NCBI GenBank assembly: GCA_020859905.1
Contig: JAJBVI010000052.1
Location: forward strand, 1-46,361
Origin: Lachnospiraceae bacterium
GTDB taxonomy: Bacteria > Bacillota > Clostridia > Lachnospirales > Lachnospiraceae
DNA: 46,361 bases
Reading direction: 5' to 3'
The notes beneath the pieces were generated by a model that was not told where the DNA came from, did no database searches, and was given only the letters and a program-made list of their open reading frames with translations. The first letter of the stretch is position 1; every line of letters begins with the position of its first letter. Shown piece after piece: positions 19,206-28,778 of the stretch. The position numbers and the translations under genes are program-made.

Positions 19206-19393
19206 GGCAGTGTCACCGCTGCGGAGCAATCCTAAAAACATTCGGAATCCGCTAAATTTGACCAAAAAACGGTCAAATTTGCTACTTCCTCATGTTTTTG
19301 CGGTCCCCAATGTCAGAAATACGGATGCAAGCATCCGATTTCTGACCTTTTGTCCCTTGTATCATGATATTTGATGTACGAGGAGAACGAAAA

Positions 19394-20731
19394 ATGAAAC
19401 AGAATGAGATTATAAAGATATATGGGACAGATTATAAGGAAATGACGAAGCTGCTGCTGGAAAGGGCGGATCTTGCTTCGGAGATTCCGTCGCCGGAGTC
19501 CCTGATCGGCATCAAGCCGAACCTGGTGACACCGACCCCGGCGGAATACGGAGCGACGACGCATCCGGAGATCGTGGCGGGAATCATAGAGTATCTGCGG
19601 GAACACGGTTTTCCCAGGATGGTGATCCTGGAGAGTTCCTGGGTAGGCGATGTCACGGCGGAAGCGTTTGAATGCTGCGGATACAACACTCTGTCGGAAC
19701 ATTACGGGGTTGAGTTGTGGGATCTGCAGAAGGATTCCTCCCATTTCGTGGACTGTGGGAGCAGGTACCCCGGGTCAGAGCACGGGGAATCGGGACATGC
19801 GGCTTTCCGTGCCGGAGATTGCAGAGGACAGCGCATTGGGTCAGGACGCGGGGAATCGGGGCACGCAGTTTCCCGTGCAGGGAACAGCAGAACCGAGGAA
19901 ATCCTCGGCACGGCAAGCAGCGATCACGCAGTTTCCCGTGCAGGGGACAGCGAAAGCATGCGCCTGCGCGTGTGTGATCGTGTGGATGAGATTGATTTCC
20001 TGATCAATGTCCCGGTGCTGAAGGGGCATTGCCAGACGAAGATCACCTGCGCCCTGAAAAACAGCAAGGGTTTGATTCCGAATTCAGAGAAACGGCGTTT
20101 TCACACAATGGGCCTGCACCGGCCGATCGCATATCTGGGAGCGGTCATTCACCAGGATTTTATCGTGGTGGATCATATCTGCGGGGATCTGGACTTTGAG
20201 GAGGGCGGGCACCCTGTGGTGAGAAACTGCATCATGGCCGCGAAGGATCCTGTCCTGACAGACGCCCTCGTCTGCCGGATGCTGCAGTATGACATCTCGG
20301 AGGTGCCGTATGTGGGAATGGCGGAAGCGCTCGGCGCGGGCAGAGCGGATCCGGACGCGGCGCACATTACAACCATCGAAAGACCTGAAATCGCAGACAG
20401 CGGGATGGCAGAAGAAGAAAAACCGGACGAGCCGGAAGGGCTTCGCAGACACAAGGTATGCGACGTACAGTATGCGGTGGAGGAGGTGGATGCCTGCAGC
20501 GCCTGTTATGCCATGCTGGTTCCGGCTCTGGATCGGCTGAGGGAAGAGGGTTTGCTGGAGAAACTCCGGGAGAAAATCGCGATCGGGCAGGGATATCGCG
20601 GAAAGCAGGGAAAACTCGGCGTCGGACTCTGCACATCCGGTTTTGAATACTGCATCCGCGGCTGCCCGCCGTCAGAGGAGCAGATCTATAAGGAATTGGT
20701 GATGTATATAGAAAGCGCTGAGAATGCGTAA
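19394..20731 (+). CDS. DUF362 domain Fe-S protein with internal repeat insertion
   Basis: IKPNLV, GATTHPE, NVPVLKGH, ALKN, CSACY, CIRGCPP. RBS AGGAG. Confidence 0.85.
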   Translation: MKQNEIIKIYGTDYKEMTKLLLERADLASEIPSPESLIGIKPNLVTPTPAEYGATTHPEIVAGIIEYLREHGFPRMVILESSWVGDVTAEAFECCGYNTLSEHYGVELWDLQKDSSHFVDCGSRYPGSEHGESGHAAFRAGDCRGQRIGSGRGESGHAVSRAGNSRTEEILGTASSDHAVSRAGDSESMRLRVCDRVDEIDFLINVPVLKGHCQTKITCALKNSKGLIPNSEKRRFHTMGLHRPIAYLGAVIHQDFIVVDHICGDLDFEEGGHPVVRNCIMAAKDPVLTDALVCRMLQYDISEVPYVGMAEALGAGRADPDAAHITTIERPEIADSGMAEEEKPDEPEGLRRHKVCDVQYAVEEVDACSACYAMLVPALDRLREEGLLEKLREKIAIGQGYRGKQGKLGVGLCTSGFEYCIRGCPPSEEQIYKELVMYIESAENA

Positions 20732-20870
20732 CTGTGTTGCGAGGAAGGTTCCTAAGGACATTGCCCCGGGATACAATCCAACAAAATGATGCCAAACTGT
20801 TGGTTGATTTCCACTATGCAAACAGATAAAATACTCTTATCTAATCCGTAGGAAAAGGGGGAATTCTGAA

Positions 20871-21794
20871 ATGCCGATCAAAGTACCGGATTCACTGCCG
20901 GCGACAGCCGTGCTGGAGAGCGAGAATATATTTGTCATGACGGAGTACCGCGCGATCCATCAGGACATCCGTCCGCTGAACGTCCTGATCCTGAATCTGA
21001 TGCCGACGAAGGAAGTCACAGAGACCCAGCTCCTGCGGAAACTGTCGAATACGCCGCTGCAGATCAAGGTCGAGTTCCTGCAGACGGTCAGCTACACACC
21101 GCAGCACGTGGATTCCCGTCATATGCAGTCGTTTTATACGACGTTTGAAAAAGTGCGGAACCGCTGGTTCGACGGCATGATCATCACCGGCGCACCGCTG
21201 GCGGACGTGGCATACGAGGACGTGGCGTACTGGGCGGAACTCTGTCAGATCATGGACTGGGCGAAGGTTCATGTGCACTCCACGCTGCATATCTGCTGGG
21301 GTGCCCTGGCCGGTCTCTATTACTATTACGGGATTCCCACGGTGGAGTACCCGGAGAAGCTGTCCGGCATCTATCCGAACCGGGTGCTGAAGAAGAGTTC
21401 ACCGCTGTTTCGCGGTTTCGATGATGTCTTTCAGGCACCGCACTCCCGGGAGGTCGGCGTGCTGGAGGAAGATGTCCGTAAAGTTCCGGATCTGGAGCTG
21501 ATCGCGGACAGTGACGCTGGAGGTCCGACAATCTTAAAGACGACGGACTCCAAATATTTCTTTGCGCTCTGCCATCTGGAGTATGATTCGGATACGCTTG
21601 CGCTGGAGTACCGGAGGGATCTGGAGAAAGGGATCAACCCGCATATCCCGTACAATTATTTTCCGGACGACGACCCGACGCAGAAGCCGATCGTACGGTG
21701 GCGGTCGGCGGGGCAGCTGCTGTTTTCAAACTGGCTCAATTACTACGTGTACCAGACGACGCCGTATGAAATCGGGAACCATGCAGGGAAGTAG
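20871..21794 (+). CDS. metA: Homoserine O-acyltransferase, MetA family
   Basis: QDIRPL, LNLMPTK, ITGAP, HICWGA (catalytic Cys), PHSR, HLEY, NWLNYYVYQ. Confidence 0.95.
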   Translation: MPIKVPDSLPATAVLESENIFVMTEYRAIHQDIRPLNVLILNLMPTKEVTETQLLRKLSNTPLQIKVEFLQTVSYTPQHVDSRHMQSFYTTFEKVRNRWFDGMIITGAPLADVAYEDVAYWAELCQIMDWAKVHVHSTLHICWGALAGLYYYYGIPTVEYPEKLSGIYPNRVLKKSSPLFRGFDDVFQAPHSREVGVLEEDVRKVPDLELIADSDAGGPTILKTTDSKYFFALCHLEYDSDTLALEYRRDLEKGINPHIPYNYFPDDDPTQKPIVRWRSAGQLLFSNWLNYYVYQTTPYEIGNHAGK

Positions 21795-21889
21795 CGGAAA
21801 CACAAGGAAAATCAAGGCTTTGCGGCACCTTGGCGGAAAACGCGGTTCTTACAAAATGCGTTAAAATGCGTTATATATTGATAGAAAAA

Positions 21890-21960
21890 TGGTGTCAAAA
21901 TGGTGTCAGAGAAATGAAAATGGTGTCAAAATGGTGTCAGCCGGATTTGGAATGGTGTCA
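21890..21960 (+). repeat. Five TGGTGTCA direct repeats, putative integrase arm-type sites
   Basis: Copies at 21890, 21901, 21921, 21932 and 21953; two pairs are 11 bp apart. They sit at the switch to AT-rich DNA. Confidence 0.7.
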
Positions 21961-22067
21961 ACTTAAAATGCGGATGCAAGCCATATATAATACCAGAAGA
22001 ACCAACGATAAGAACAGGAGCTATATTGTTTAAAAGCAAAATATAAAAGCCGCGCTGGCGGCATTCT

Positions 22068-22230
22068 TACTATATACTTCCGTGCAGCCGCCATGAAGTC
22101 ATCCTGGTGCCGGAGAGCAAAGTCTCTGATGCAAAAAGCCTTCAATCTATGGTGCAGGAGGTCAATTCCACGGTCGTTTCCCGTGAGGACCGGCTGAGTG
22201 ACAATGTTATACTATTATAACGCAGAGCGA
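22068..22230 (+). pseudogene. C-terminal fragment of a DUF5688-like protein
   Basis: Translates as YYILPCSRHEVILVPES...SMVQEVNSTVVSREDRLSDNV, then YYYNAE after a frameshift; no start codon. Confidence 0.6.
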
Positions 22231-22648
22231 TATCCTTTCCTGCGTATTTTTATTGCCATATCTGGCTGAATTATGTACCTGTGCCTGAAAAAATTGACGC
22301 TTTAAAAGAAGAATGTAGGTATCAGCTATAGGTATTAATTTTGCATTCCATCTGAAAAACCGTTTCTATACGGACAGCAGAATCAGACTGTATCTGACAT
22401 CCCCCGTGGTTATCTGAGACCTTAAACTGATGCATTCGTGTCTACAGGGAACTGGGAAAAACGGGAATTTTCCCTTCCTTCCCTCCCAAGGGAAAACACA
22501 CTCGCTATCTGATGGCTCAGAATCTAAAAAAGAATCCGGAAAATGAGTTGGTCTTCTGGCAATGATTTCATTTACAGGGGAATTATGCCTGCAATCAGCA
22601 TCGTGAAGTAATTGCATAAACTACAGGCTCATGCTATAATCATAAAAT

Positions 22649-22885
22649 ATGAAAGAACATCATTTTAAGGTGATGCTTGAAGGAGATGATATTATGATGA
22701 CATCATTGATCCGGGAATCTGACACATGTTATCTGGAAGAAATGCGTGAATATGTGTTTTCCTTGCAGAAACAGCAAAGTGAAGCGCCTGATACGGCTTG
22801 TGATGACGCCAAGAAGGCTTTGATCCGTACGGGCGTGACAACTCCTGCTGGAGTTCCAAAAGAAAAGATTGTAACCTGGGAGTAA
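22649..22885 (+). CDS. Small hypothetical protein, possible antitoxin (start may be about 22694 after AGGAG)
   Basis: ORF with RBS and an upstream TG-n-TATAAT; ends 6 nt before an ART-like gene. Confidence 0.55.
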   Translation: MKEHHFKVMLEGDDIMMTSLIRESDTCYLEEMREYVFSLQKQQSEAPDTACDDAKKALIRTGVTTPAGVPKEKIVTWE

Positions 22886-22891
22886 AATGGA

Positions 22892-23229
22892 ATGTATAAA
22901 AAACTACCGCATCTGGTTCTTGGTTTTCATGGATGCAGACAGGATATTTTTGAAAATGTGATTTATCATGGCGAAAGATTGAAGGCAAGTTCAAACGCAT
23001 ATGACTGGCTGGGGCATGGGATCTATTTCTGGGAACAAAATTATCAACGAGCATATGAATGGGCGGGAAATAGATATGCAGATCAGGCAGCTTCCTTGAA
23101 GGAGAACGTGTGTATCCGGGATCTGAATTTTTCGAGAAGACTCATGTTCAATTATGTATATGCAATCCAAATTGTATAAAAGGGTATTTTGCACCGCTAA
23201 AGCCAGATGAAAGCTTTATTATCCCGTAA
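22892..23229 (+). pseudogene. Internally deleted ADP-ribosyltransferase-like (GFHG...WLGxGIYFWE) gene
   Basis: N-half LGFHGC...DWLGHGIYFWE. The C-half FLEGERVYPGSEFFEKTHVQLCICNPNCIKGYFAP...* is in another frame after about 23090. Confidence 0.65.
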
Positions 23230-23410
23230 ATAACTTTGCATTAATTTACTGGATTACTATCCTGATGTTTTGGCCAGAACAGAGAATGATAGTATAACAA
23301 TGCCTCCGGAACAATCAAAAAAGTTCAATATAACAAAAATAAACAAAATACAATCGTCTGCAGCAAAACGGACTTGGTTTTCTATTTTATTCAGAATGGG
23401 TGGTGGACAT

Positions 23411-23657
23411 ATGTACAAAATATCAGATTCAACAAAAAAATCTTGAGAAAACATTAGGAATAAGTCTTTCTGTTCTTGACCAAATGTCCGCAGACGAAGA
23501 ACGGCAGTGGGTCGAAAAAAAAACTGGAAAGAAATTATCATACAGTAAAGAAAATCGGCATGGGATAATTGGCAGAGGTAATCCGCTGCTTGCACGCAAA
23601 AAAATCAGAACCATTGAAGACTTGGATAAAAAAAGCAAAAAGCTTTTTGGCATATAA
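23411..23657 (+). pseudogene. Small basic protein apparently frameshifted in an A7 tract
   Basis: GGTGG-ATG MYKISDSTKK hits a stop. Removing one A from 23434-23440 joins it to NLEKTLGIS...GRGNPLLARKKIRT. Alternative: intact ORF from GTG 23400 without an RBS. Confidence 0.5.
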
Positions 23658-23660
23658 CGA

Positions 23661-24311
23661 ATGAAAACAGGTAATAATAGTATTTCAGAAGGCATACATA
23701 AGCGCGAAAAAGACATATACGAACAATATCAAAAAACCATTTCGTACTTTATCGTAGAATTAGAAGTCAGGGATGTAGAATTTCCGGTTGAGATCTTTAA
23801 TGAGATAAGATCCATATTTACGCACCTTGCACGGTTTAAATTGCAAAACAGCCTCGATGATTTAACATCCGCCGAAAGACATGTAAAACGCGCCATCCTG
23901 GATTGTTATAAATATATGTGTGTTTCATATGCTGAAGAAATATCACAATTCCGCGAATCATATAGGAAGGTAGATCTTAAAATTGCCGATAATGGGGCGT
24001 TTTTGCCTAAGTTGGACCAACTGGAACATAAAGCAAAAATGTCCTGCCTTTTAGCAAAAAGAGCCGAAATAACCAGCCAAGCGTCTGAAGATGAATTATA
24101 CAAATTGTTCGAAGAAGCATATAATAATTACGAAAATCTTTCCAGCTTTCTGAATGATTCCTATGAGGCAATTTTATTTGCCAGCAGCCACTCGAAAAGA
24201 AGTAACGTTATTACAATCATATCAACAATCATTACAATTATAAGTTATATTTTTTCTTTACCTGTTCCAGTTTCTCGTCGGACATCCTGGTATACTTTTT
24301 TGCTTTTATGA
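23661..24311 (+). CDS. Helical protein with Rx4H (HEPN-like) motif and C-terminal hydrophobic segment
   Basis: NEIRSIFTH motif; hydrophobic VITIISTIITIISYIFSL. The 3' end overlaps a convergent gene remnant. Confidence 0.65.
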   Translation: MKTGNNSISEGIHKREKDIYEQYQKTISYFIVELEVRDVEFPVEIFNEIRSIFTHLARFKLQNSLDDLTSAERHVKRAILDCYKYMCVSYAEEISQFRESYRKVDLKIADNGAFLPKLDQLEHKAKMSCLLAKRAEITSQASEDELYKLFEEAYNNYENLSSFLNDSYEAILFASSHSKRSNVITIISTIITIISYIFSLPVPVSRRTSWYTFLLL

Positions 24312-24610
24312 GCGGTACACCATCTTTAACCATTTCAATAAAATCGCTTGTCTGCTGGCTTTCAGCACCTTCGTCATAGATTTTAATTGCTTCAGGGTCT
24401 AATATTTTGCCACCCATAATTTCACCTATCCTTTCCTGAATATTTTTCTCTTTTAAAGCCAAATTCTGTGCAATGCGAACAATAACACCACATATAATAG
24501 CCGCTTCAAAGTTTGTAATTCTTTTCTCTTCGTTCATTGCAAGAAGCTGATTGTGGATATCGTTATAAATATCTGTCAGATGCTGCAGCTTTTCATGAAA
24601 AACTCATTCG
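24238..24610 (-). pseudogene. C-terminal remnant of an Rpn/PD-(D/E)XK-like hypothetical protein
   Basis: Frame reads FHEKLQHLTDIY...IMGGKILDPEAIKIYDEG...MVKDG; no convincing start. Confidence 0.45.
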
Positions 24611-24854
24611 ACAGAGAATCAAGCAGATTGTCAGGAAAGCATATAGATACCGCAATATCCAGAATATGTTCGACATGGCATATTCCTGCTGCCCTCCCGT
24701 CCATCCTGGCGCTGTTATTTCCATTTCCCCGCGTGTACCTCATCGCACTGCCGCCCTTTAAGGTGCAGCTGAAATATAACTTGTTACACAGTCATTTCTA
24801 TTTATGAACAAATATGACAAAATAATAATTTTGTGTAAAATGTACATTTGGGTC

Positions 24855-24882
24855 TTGCCATTTTCTGTTTTTTTGTTATAAT
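24855..24882 (+). promoter_or_regulatory. Sigma-A promoter upstream of the pilus operon leader
   Basis: TTGCCA, 16-nt spacer ending in TGT, then TATAAT. Confidence 0.7.
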
Positions 24883-24932
24883 ACTCCACATAGCTGCGCA
24901 GGGTCTGGCTTCCGAACCGGACAGGGCGCAGT

Positions 24933-25076
24933 TACACATTCACAGATTCACATAGTTACACGTTCACACAGTCACACAGTCACGCAGTCACACAGTCATG
25001 TAATCACACAGTCACACAGTTACGCAATCACACAGTCATGTAATCACACAGTCACACGTTTACACAGCTTCATAGT
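24933..25076 (+). repeat. Tandem array of about 18 octamers (consensus CACACAGT) with a 40-bp higher-order duplication
   Basis: Strict 8-bp phase from 24933; the variant CATGTAAT recurs at 24997 and 25037. Confidence 0.95.
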
Positions 25077-25270
25077 TTCAAAGTTGTTTTTCTTATAGCT
25101 CAGTTTTATTTTCTGTGTCTTTTCAATTTTTCTCAGACATAGATCGGTTTTGTTTTTTATTTACAGAGTAGATTTTGTATTAACTTGCATAGTTTAACTT
25201 GCTTATATTTTCGTGCCCGGCGCGCAGGCATGAGATATATAAATAAAACAATATAACAAAGGAGTGCGAT

Positions 25271-27880
25271 ATGAAATTTGAAAAACTAAAAACGGCGCTG
25301 CCGGCCTTTGTGCTGGCGGCGGCAGTCGGCGCATCGTCCTGCGCGGGGGCTGTCCCTGCGTTGGCGGGCGCTGCGCGGCCGGGGGAGTTTTCGGTGCTGG
25401 CGGATGCCGGGTCGTCCGTGAACAACACGGCGGCCGCGGATGCCCTTGAGAATTCCGACATCATCGACACGTCAAAGACCGGGTTGCTGACCATCCGTAA
25501 GTATGATCTGACGGCAGCAGAGGCTGCGGGGGCTTACAGCGCCGGCTTGTATGGGGCGACCGGCGAGGCGGATTCAGATGTGGAGGACGCCCTGGAAGGC
25601 TACGGCATTGAGGGCGTACAGTTCACCCTGCTCCGCGTCGGCAATATTGAGCAGTACAGCACGACAGGAGGAGGAACCGCCGAGGTCTGCCTGGTATATG
25701 AGATCCCGCCGGAGCTGGCGGAGATCCTTGCGGACGGCGGCCTTGATCCGGCGGAAGCGGTGGATATGGACACAGATTGGGTATCTGAGCGCTGTTCCGA
25801 CACAGACATGTATCATTTTACGAGCGATGCGATCGAGTCCGCTCTGGCGGCAATCCTCGCTGACGACAATGTGCAGGCGAAAAACAGGCTGGAGATGTAT
25901 CTCTGCGACTATGGGACACTGGTGGATAATACCGACGACATGGTCACGGGTTCCGACGTGAACGGTGTCGGGACCGCGATCAACATGCCCCTGACGGATG
26001 AGGAGGGCTATACTGCGGTCACCGGCCTGCCGCTCGGCCTGTATCTGGCGGTTGAGACGCAGGTGTCGGAGCAGGCGGCGGAGACGGTCAATCCGTTTTT
26101 TGTACAGCTCCCTTTTACCGCCGCATCGGAACAGGACTCGGAATACTGGCTTTATGACATGACGGTTTATCCGAAGAACCAGTCCGGAAATCCGTCACTG
26201 GACAAGAGCGTGCGGAACGCGTATTCCAATACCGCGGAGGATGACAAAAACGGAGCCGTGAACGCGGGCGGCACGTATGACGGCGCGAACGACTCAGATT
26301 CCCTGGTTGTGTGGAACGATGACTCTGATTCCGTCCTCTCTGTGACTTATGATGAGGATGGAAACATTGTCGATACCGCGACCGGCGAGCAGGATACGGA
26401 TGACGCAAATTACGTGTCAAACCGCGGCGGTTATACCATTGACGGCACTACATCCGATGCGAACGGCGCGGGCACTTCCGTCGATTATGCTTACCGCGAT
26501 ACAACTACCGCTTCCGGGGGCGATCTTCTGGATTATATCCTGGTATCCAGGCTGCCGCACATCAGTTCCGCGGCAACGTACCTGACAGAGTACACGTTCG
26601 CGGATTATCTCTCCGCAGCCCTCGTTTACAGCGGGGATGTCAGGATCGCGTTCTACCATACGGGAAAGGACGCAGCTGTGAACAATACGGCGCAGGCGGA
26701 TCTGATCTGGTATGTGACATCTGATTCGTCTGACGCAAAATATGCCGAAGTGACGGAGACCAATCCCTATACGGGAACAGAGACATATGAAGGGACAACG
26801 GAGCTGACTGTGAGCCTGACAGAGGAGGGGCTGGCGCTGATCAACGGCACCGATGCCGGGGGCAGCCCGGTTTACTGGACGGACAGCGAAGGCACGCAGT
26901 GGCAGGGATTTTCGGATTACTATATGGTCGTGTATTACACCGTGAACGTCGCATCGGACGATACGGCGGTGCTCGGCGATGCGGGGAACGAGAACAATGT
27001 TTCCCTGACATGGTCCCGCTCTTCCGAGGGGTATTACAATGTCCTGACTGACCGGAATTATGTCTATACATACGGCCTTGACCTGACCAAGCAATTTTCC
27101 GACGGCAATGGCAGCTATAAGAATGTTCAGTTCAGGCTGTACAATTCAACAGATTATTATTATGTGACGGCGGAGGAGGCCGTCGACAGCGGCGGCAGCG
27201 GCACGGGCGTGTACTATGTGACCGGGAAGACGACAGATGAGGCGAAAGCGGCCGCGTTCGTCCCTTCGGATACCGGACATATCGTCATAAACGGACTGGA
27301 GGCGGATACTTATGCGCTGACAGAGGTCGCGACGGACGGCGGATACAGCCTCCTGGGAGACCGGGTCGTCATCAGCATCCTGCAGACGGACCGTGAAATC
27401 ATTGCTTCGGTGTCAGGCGTGACAGGCCTTACATCTGAGGACGCGGCCGCGATCATCGAGTTTTACAACGGCGGCATTTATGATGAGAACGGAAATCTGA
27501 TCAGTGCGGCTGAAACAGATCTGGCGGGGGATGCTGTTTACGATAAAAACGGCAATCTGATCCGGGCTGCGGTTCAGGATGCCTCAGTGGACTATTCAGC
27601 GCCGGACAGCCCGAACGGCCGGACCATCAACGGTTCTGATATGTATGTGGGCGATATCGTTTCCGCCGCGGCTTCCGTTGACGGCGCGGCAGGCGCAATG
27701 ACTGCTTCCGGCGCCTCAGAGAATGCCTTTGTCGGGATTACCGTCACCAACACAAAGAATTTCCTGCTTCCGCAGACCGGCGGCACCGGTCTTTACCTGA
27801 TCACCGTGGCCGGTGTGGCCGCGGCTGCCGGCGGCATTTATATGGCGGTGCGCAGAAAACGAAAGAAAGTACGGGTCTGA
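25271..27880 (+). CDS. Backbone (major) pilin, SpaH/EbpB-like
   Basis: Signal peptide, pilin motif VYPKN, E-box YALTEVATDGGY, LPQTG plus TM plus basic tail. RBS AAGGAG. Confidence 0.88.
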   Translation: MKFEKLKTALPAFVLAAAVGASSCAGAVPALAGAARPGEFSVLADAGSSVNNTAAADALENSDIIDTSKTGLLTIRKYDLTAAEAAGAYSAGLYGATGEADSDVEDALEGYGIEGVQFTLLRVGNIEQYSTTGGGTAEVCLVYEIPPELAEILADGGLDPAEAVDMDTDWVSERCSDTDMYHFTSDAIESALAAILADDNVQAKNRLEMYLCDYGTLVDNTDDMVTGSDVNGVGTAINMPLTDEEGYTAVTGLPLGLYLAVETQVSEQAAETVNPFFVQLPFTAASEQDSEYWLYDMTVYPKNQSGNPSLDKSVRNAYSNTAEDDKNGAVNAGGTYDGANDSDSLVVWNDDSDSVLSVTYDEDGNIVDTATGEQDTDDANYVSNRGGYTIDGTTSDANGAGTSVDYAYRDTTTASGGDLLDYILVSRLPHISSAATYLTEYTFADYLSAALVYSGDVRIAFYHTGKDAAVNNTAQADLIWYVTSDSSDAKYAEVTETNPYTGTETYEGTTELTVSLTEEGLALINGTDAGGSPVYWTDSEGTQWQGFSDYYMVVYYTVNVASDDTAVLGDAGNENNVSLTWSRSSEGYYNVLTDRNYVYTYGLDLTKQFSDGNGSYKNVQFRLYNSTDYYYVTAEEAVDSGGSGTGVYYVTGKTTDEAKAAAFVPSDTGHIVINGLEADTYALTEVATDGGYSLLGDRVVISILQTDREIIASVSGVTGLTSEDAAAIIEFYNGGIYDENGNLISAAETDLAGDAVYDKNGNLIRAAVQDASVDYSAPDSPNGRTINGSDMYVGDIVSAAASVDGAAGAMTASGASENAFVGITVTNTKNFLLPQTGGTGLYLITVAGVAAAAGGIYMAVRRKRKKVRV

Positions 27881-27889
27881 CCGCAGACC

Positions 27890-28750
27890 ATGAAGGATCA
27901 GATGACGAAATACCTTGCCGCCGCGGTACTGATCATGGGGGTGGTCCTGACGTTTTACCCGTGGATATCCAATGGCATTTACGAGCGCACGGCAGAATCA
28001 GCAGCCGCTGCGTACAGCGCCGCTGCGGATGCCGTTCCGGACGAGGAGACGGAACGCACATGGAAAGCCGCGGAGGCCTATAATGACCGGCTCCTTGCGT
28101 CGGAGGTTACGCTTTCCGACCCGTTTACGTACGAAAGCGCCGGTGCGGGAGATGTGAATTATGACACTGTCCTGAATATGGATGGATCCGGGATCATGTG
28201 TTTTGTGGAGATACCGAAGATCAGCGTATACCTGCCTGTTTACCACGGCACTTCCCGGGAAATCCTTCAGAAAGGGGCGGGTCATGTGGAAGGGACAGCA
28301 CTCCCGATCGGAACGGAGGGAGGCAGGCCGATCATTTCGGCGCACGCCGGGATGAGTTCCGCAAAAATGTTCACGGATCTGAGCTGCATGGAGGAAGGGG
28401 ATCTGTTTTTTATCCATGTTCTGGATGAAACGCTGGCATACAGAGTGGTTGAGATACTGGTGATTGAGCCGGATGACATCCCGGCTGCTGCGGCCAGGGA
28501 AGGGCGTGATCTCGTGTCTCTTATGACGTGCACCCCGTATGGCGTCAATTCACACCGGCTGGTCGTTACGGGGGAACGGACGGAATATACGGACGGGCTG
28601 CGGCGGGAGGCCGACGCGCAGAGCGCAGATGCCGGGTCGGAATGGATGAGAGCATACAGAAACGCGGTGATCACTGCACTTGCTGTTATTGCCGGGATTC
28701 TGACGGCCTCGAGGTTCATAAAGAAGTTAAAGAGGAAGCTGCGGAAATAA
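27890..28750 (+). CDS. srtC: Class C sortase
   Basis: Lid DPF, ISAHAG, LMTCTPYGVNSHRL, N- and C-terminal TM segments. Confidence 0.93.
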   Translation: MKDQMTKYLAAAVLIMGVVLTFYPWISNGIYERTAESAAAAYSAAADAVPDEETERTWKAAEAYNDRLLASEVTLSDPFTYESAGAGDVNYDTVLNMDGSGIMCFVEIPKISVYLPVYHGTSREILQKGAGHVEGTALPIGTEGGRPIISAHAGMSSAKMFTDLSCMEEGDLFFIHVLDETLAYRVVEILVIEPDDIPAAAAREGRDLVSLMTCTPYGVNSHRLVVTGERTEYTDGLRREADAQSADAGSEWMRAYRNAVITALAVIAGILTASRFIKKLKRKLRK

Positions 28751-28778
28751 TTTTCCTCCGCAGGGAAAGGCAATACAG

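Noticed and set aside
20740-20870. SAM riboswitch or T-box upstream of metA (CTCTTATC seen)
   Set aside because: The following core sequence, kink-turn and terminator are absent, and the distance to the start is too short.
21940-21960. Duplicated tRNA-Ala 3' end as the island att site
   Set aside because: Only TGGAATGG (8 bp) is shared with 37670-37677, which is too short to support.
22366-22617. 83-aa minus-strand ORF in the AT-rich region
   Set aside because: No RBS or recognisable motif; cannot be supported.
24933-25076. CRISPR array or type III antitoxin array
   Set aside because: Units are 8 bp with no spacers; no cas genes or ToxN-like gene follow.
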